Assembly (NCBI RefSeq): GCF_018977255.1
Contig: NW_024704743.1
Location: forward strand, 62,312,001-62,376,000
DNA: 64,000 bases
Reading direction: 5' to 3'
Source: Callorhinchus milii
Lineage: Eukaryota
A program made the position numbers and the translations under genes. Below are positions 61,131-64,000 of the stretch, one piece after another; within the stretch, counting starts at the first letter, position 1, and each line of letters starts with the position of its first letter. The notes below the pieces were generated by a model, which was given only the letters and a program-made list of their open reading frames with translations, did not search any database and was not told the origin of the DNA.

Positions 61131-62548
61131 GCACTATATCAAATGCAAGGATTATTATTATTATTATGATTAACTTCATGTCAGCAGCACGTCTCTTGGA
61201 TATTTTACTATCATAAGCAAAGACATCTAGAGGTATTATCCTAATGTATCCTTCGCTACTTGTTCCTCAAAACAACCAGCTCATCCCAAATCTCTCAGTC
61301 ACTCATTGTAACACCGGTGCAATGTTTAGGCATTTTCTCAGAAAAATATGCCAGGATGCTGATGTGTTTGAATTTCGATCTCTGACGGGTTAATGCAGTC
61401 TTGGAGACTCACTAATCGAAAGCCATGAAGTGGTAATCAGTTTCCAATTTTCTGCTGGAAACACAGACTATAGTGATAATCGAGAGGAAAATTGATTCTG
61501 AACTGCTCTCTTGGTAGTCACAAAACCAATGTATTCATCATTTTTCCAATACCAGAGAAAGTGATGGCATTTTTAAGCTGCAGTAAGACCCACTGCACAA
61601 GTATTATGCTTTTATGTTCTCCAAGAAATCACTCACAAAACCTATATGGGGGTTAAAATTCTGGTAGCTGGGCATGTGGAAGAGCAAGAGGGAAGTGTTT
61701 TTAATACTGGAGATGCAGCATAGCTATATTCTGTGTGTGTACTTCGCTGAATGTACAGTTACATCAGGTGGCCCATTGCAGAACCTAATTCCAGAAAGTA
61801 TTAGGCACAGGTTAGCAGGAGCCAAGGCTTGCGGTCCCCAGAGTGTTTGTTGGGGTACTGCTGGAATCTAACCGTATAGTTTGCCATTGATAGACCTGTC
61901 TGGCAAGCTTTCCTGCTGCTTGTCCAGCTAGGACTTCTCCACCTGTTAGGGCTTTGGCTTGCAGCGTTAACAGGAACTGAGTGGGAAGAGTCCCTGTCCC
62001 TCCAAGGCATGACCGTACGTGAAGGACGCCGTATAAATGCAAGTTGTTGGCATTGCTAATTTGCTCCCCAAATTAACCGCTTTATTCTTTCAGCATTATA
62101 ACATAAAATTTTATAATAGTTGCTTGTTTAGGTAGCCACAAACTTGGTTTAACATCTCATCTGAAGGACCACTGACATTAGTTACATGAAGCATACAACA
62201 GATAAAAAAAAATCTCCCAAGCATAAACTGTTTGAACCCACAGGAATGCTTAGAGAGACTTTAAACTTTCAGCCCATGCTTCCTTCTGTCCTTCACCACT
62301 TGACTGAATAATTCAGCCAACAAATGATGGTGTGGCAACATGTATTAATAAATTCATGCTTATTCATTCCTAGTCTGGGGAGTTTAATAATAATTCTGTC
62401 AGTCTCCCACAGAAACTAGAAGCTAATCGTGCAGTATACTTATGCAGTATATAATGAAAACCTGGACTTGAGATAATTTAATAATAAAGTATGGAAAATA
62501 TCATTAAAATAAATATCAAGTTATCAGTTGCGGCCCAACAATACACCT

Positions 62549-62868
62549 GTGTCCTGTAGCTCAGTGGTTAGAGCACTCGCTTTGCAAGTGAGAGACCTGA
62601 GTTCAATACCAGACAGGGCGAAACCTTGGGCAAGTTTCCTTACTCCACACAGAGCCCAATAATAATCCCTCCAAAACCAAAAACAATAATAAATTGGTCA
62701 TTTTCAATCTACGACTGTTCGTGGGACGTTGCTGTGCGCAATTGGCTGCCGCGTTCGCCCACAAATATACAGTCAATCCACTTTACCATATATTCTGTGA
62801 AGCGCTTTGGGACGTCCAGAAGACGTGAAAAGCGCTATATCAAATGCAAGGGTTATTATTATTATTAT
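62549..62868 (+). mobile_element. Full-length tRNA-derived SINE (SINE2-1_CM-like)
   Basis: tRNA-like head with A box TAGCTCAGTGG and B-box-like GTTCAATACC, CORE-like CCTTGGGCAAGT, Deu-like GCTGTGCGCAATTGGCTGCCGCGTT, L2-like stem-loop, (TTA)n tail; many copies in the window. Confidence 0.85.
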
Positions 62869-64000
62869 TTTGAAAAGTCAATCCATGACATACTGCACAA
62901 TGCTAAATACACAGAGGTCTCTGAGGTGAGGCTAAGATATCAGAATCTTTGCCAGGGCACATATTTCACTGGTCATGTCATTGGTAACTTTTACCTAAGA
63001 GAAGAGTTTTGTGTTTTGAACGCAACAAGAGAAGGGAGTTTCTCCTATTGTCCAAGCCAACAATCCCCCACATAAAATTGATCATTAACTCCATCACTGT
63101 TTGTTGGACATTGCTGTGCCCAAACTGACTGCCGCATTCTCCAACAAAATACACTTCACGGGATACCCTGTGCAATGCTTTGAGATCTTGAAATATGATA
63201 ATGTGCTACACCAAATGCAAAAATTATTATATATTATAAAACATGCACTAATAGTGTGTGACATTACTCTCTAATGTACTTTGTGATTTCCTCCCAACAT
63301 GAAAGGCGCCATATAAATGTAAACTGTACTGTAGTGGTAGTCTTATACCTCTTTACCTAAGTAGGACAGTTTGCACTACGGTGTTCAGTGACTATTGGAA
63401 TCCAGCCAGCATCACTCTCGTAAATCACCCAGTTATTATAAATACTGTGATACAGTGCAGCAGATGTTCTCCTCTAAGTTTTTATGGGTGTATAAAGATT
63501 GTGCAAAATGATGGGTGCAGATTACAAAACAAATTGTGAATTGTAAAGGGTAAACCGAATATGTTAAATAACACATGCAAACGAACAGCCACAAAATCCT
63601 TACATTTACTGCAGCATAGAGTGTTGCAAGAAATCAAATCTCCCCTATCGACATGTGTGCAGAGACACACACAGCCCTGTAGTGCCTGTCCGGGCATGAT
63701 TTACCTGCAGACATCTTATCTCATTCAGCCCTCTTTTGAAACGTAAGGCATGAATCAAATGTTGACCACGTCTAACTTTAGCTCTCAATTGACTGAAAAA
63801 ACAGCTTTTGGAATTGTTTTTCGCCGACTGGAGGCCAATTATTTAACTATGTCTCCCACCTTCCAAACGACAACATGAAGCTCAGAATAAATATAAGCAA
63901 AGTGTTTTATTAACACTGCTGATGACAGCACAACCAGCCTGGCTCATCGGCAGGACTTGGAAGGGCAGAGCAGTCACTGGGGGCAGGGATTCTTCCCATT

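Noticed and set aside
62549..62620. tRNA gene (also 25672-25742 and 40798-40870)
   Set aside because: The heads run straight into SINE bodies, the anticodon-equivalent differs between copies (TGC/TAC/CAC), and the stems are imperfect

Overview
Vertebrate genomic DNA, most likely from a cartilaginous fish and probably a holocephalan (chimaera). This is inferred from the repeat content: tRNA-derived SINE2/Deu-type SINEs, L2 and CR1 LINE fragments, and palindromic MITEs. The window is dominated by one gene on the minus strand, semaphorin-5A (SEMA5A). I reconstructed 18 coding exons by hand from the ATG at 60072 down to 562. All have GT-AG introns and compatible phases and give 2875 nt (958 codons + 1 nt) of open frame: signal peptide, Sema domain, PSI domain and thrombospondin type-1 repeats. 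The transmembrane and cytoplasmic exons lie off the left edge. Nearly all other ORFs in the track are shadows of these exons, of decayed LINEs, or random. I do not see an unambiguous new biological system. The best leads are: (i) a pogo/Tigger-like non-autonomous element carrying four PBX-MEIS/PREP decamers in a hairpin; (ii) two unclassified multi-copy repeats whose divergence looks codon-periodic, i.e. possibly relics of an unrecognised protein-coding element; (iii) a polypyrimidine-TAG|GTAAG recursive-splice-like site 79 nt upstream of an exon; (iv) a short uORF ahead of the SEMA5A start. Repeat boundaries are approximate and family names come from recall, not from a database search.
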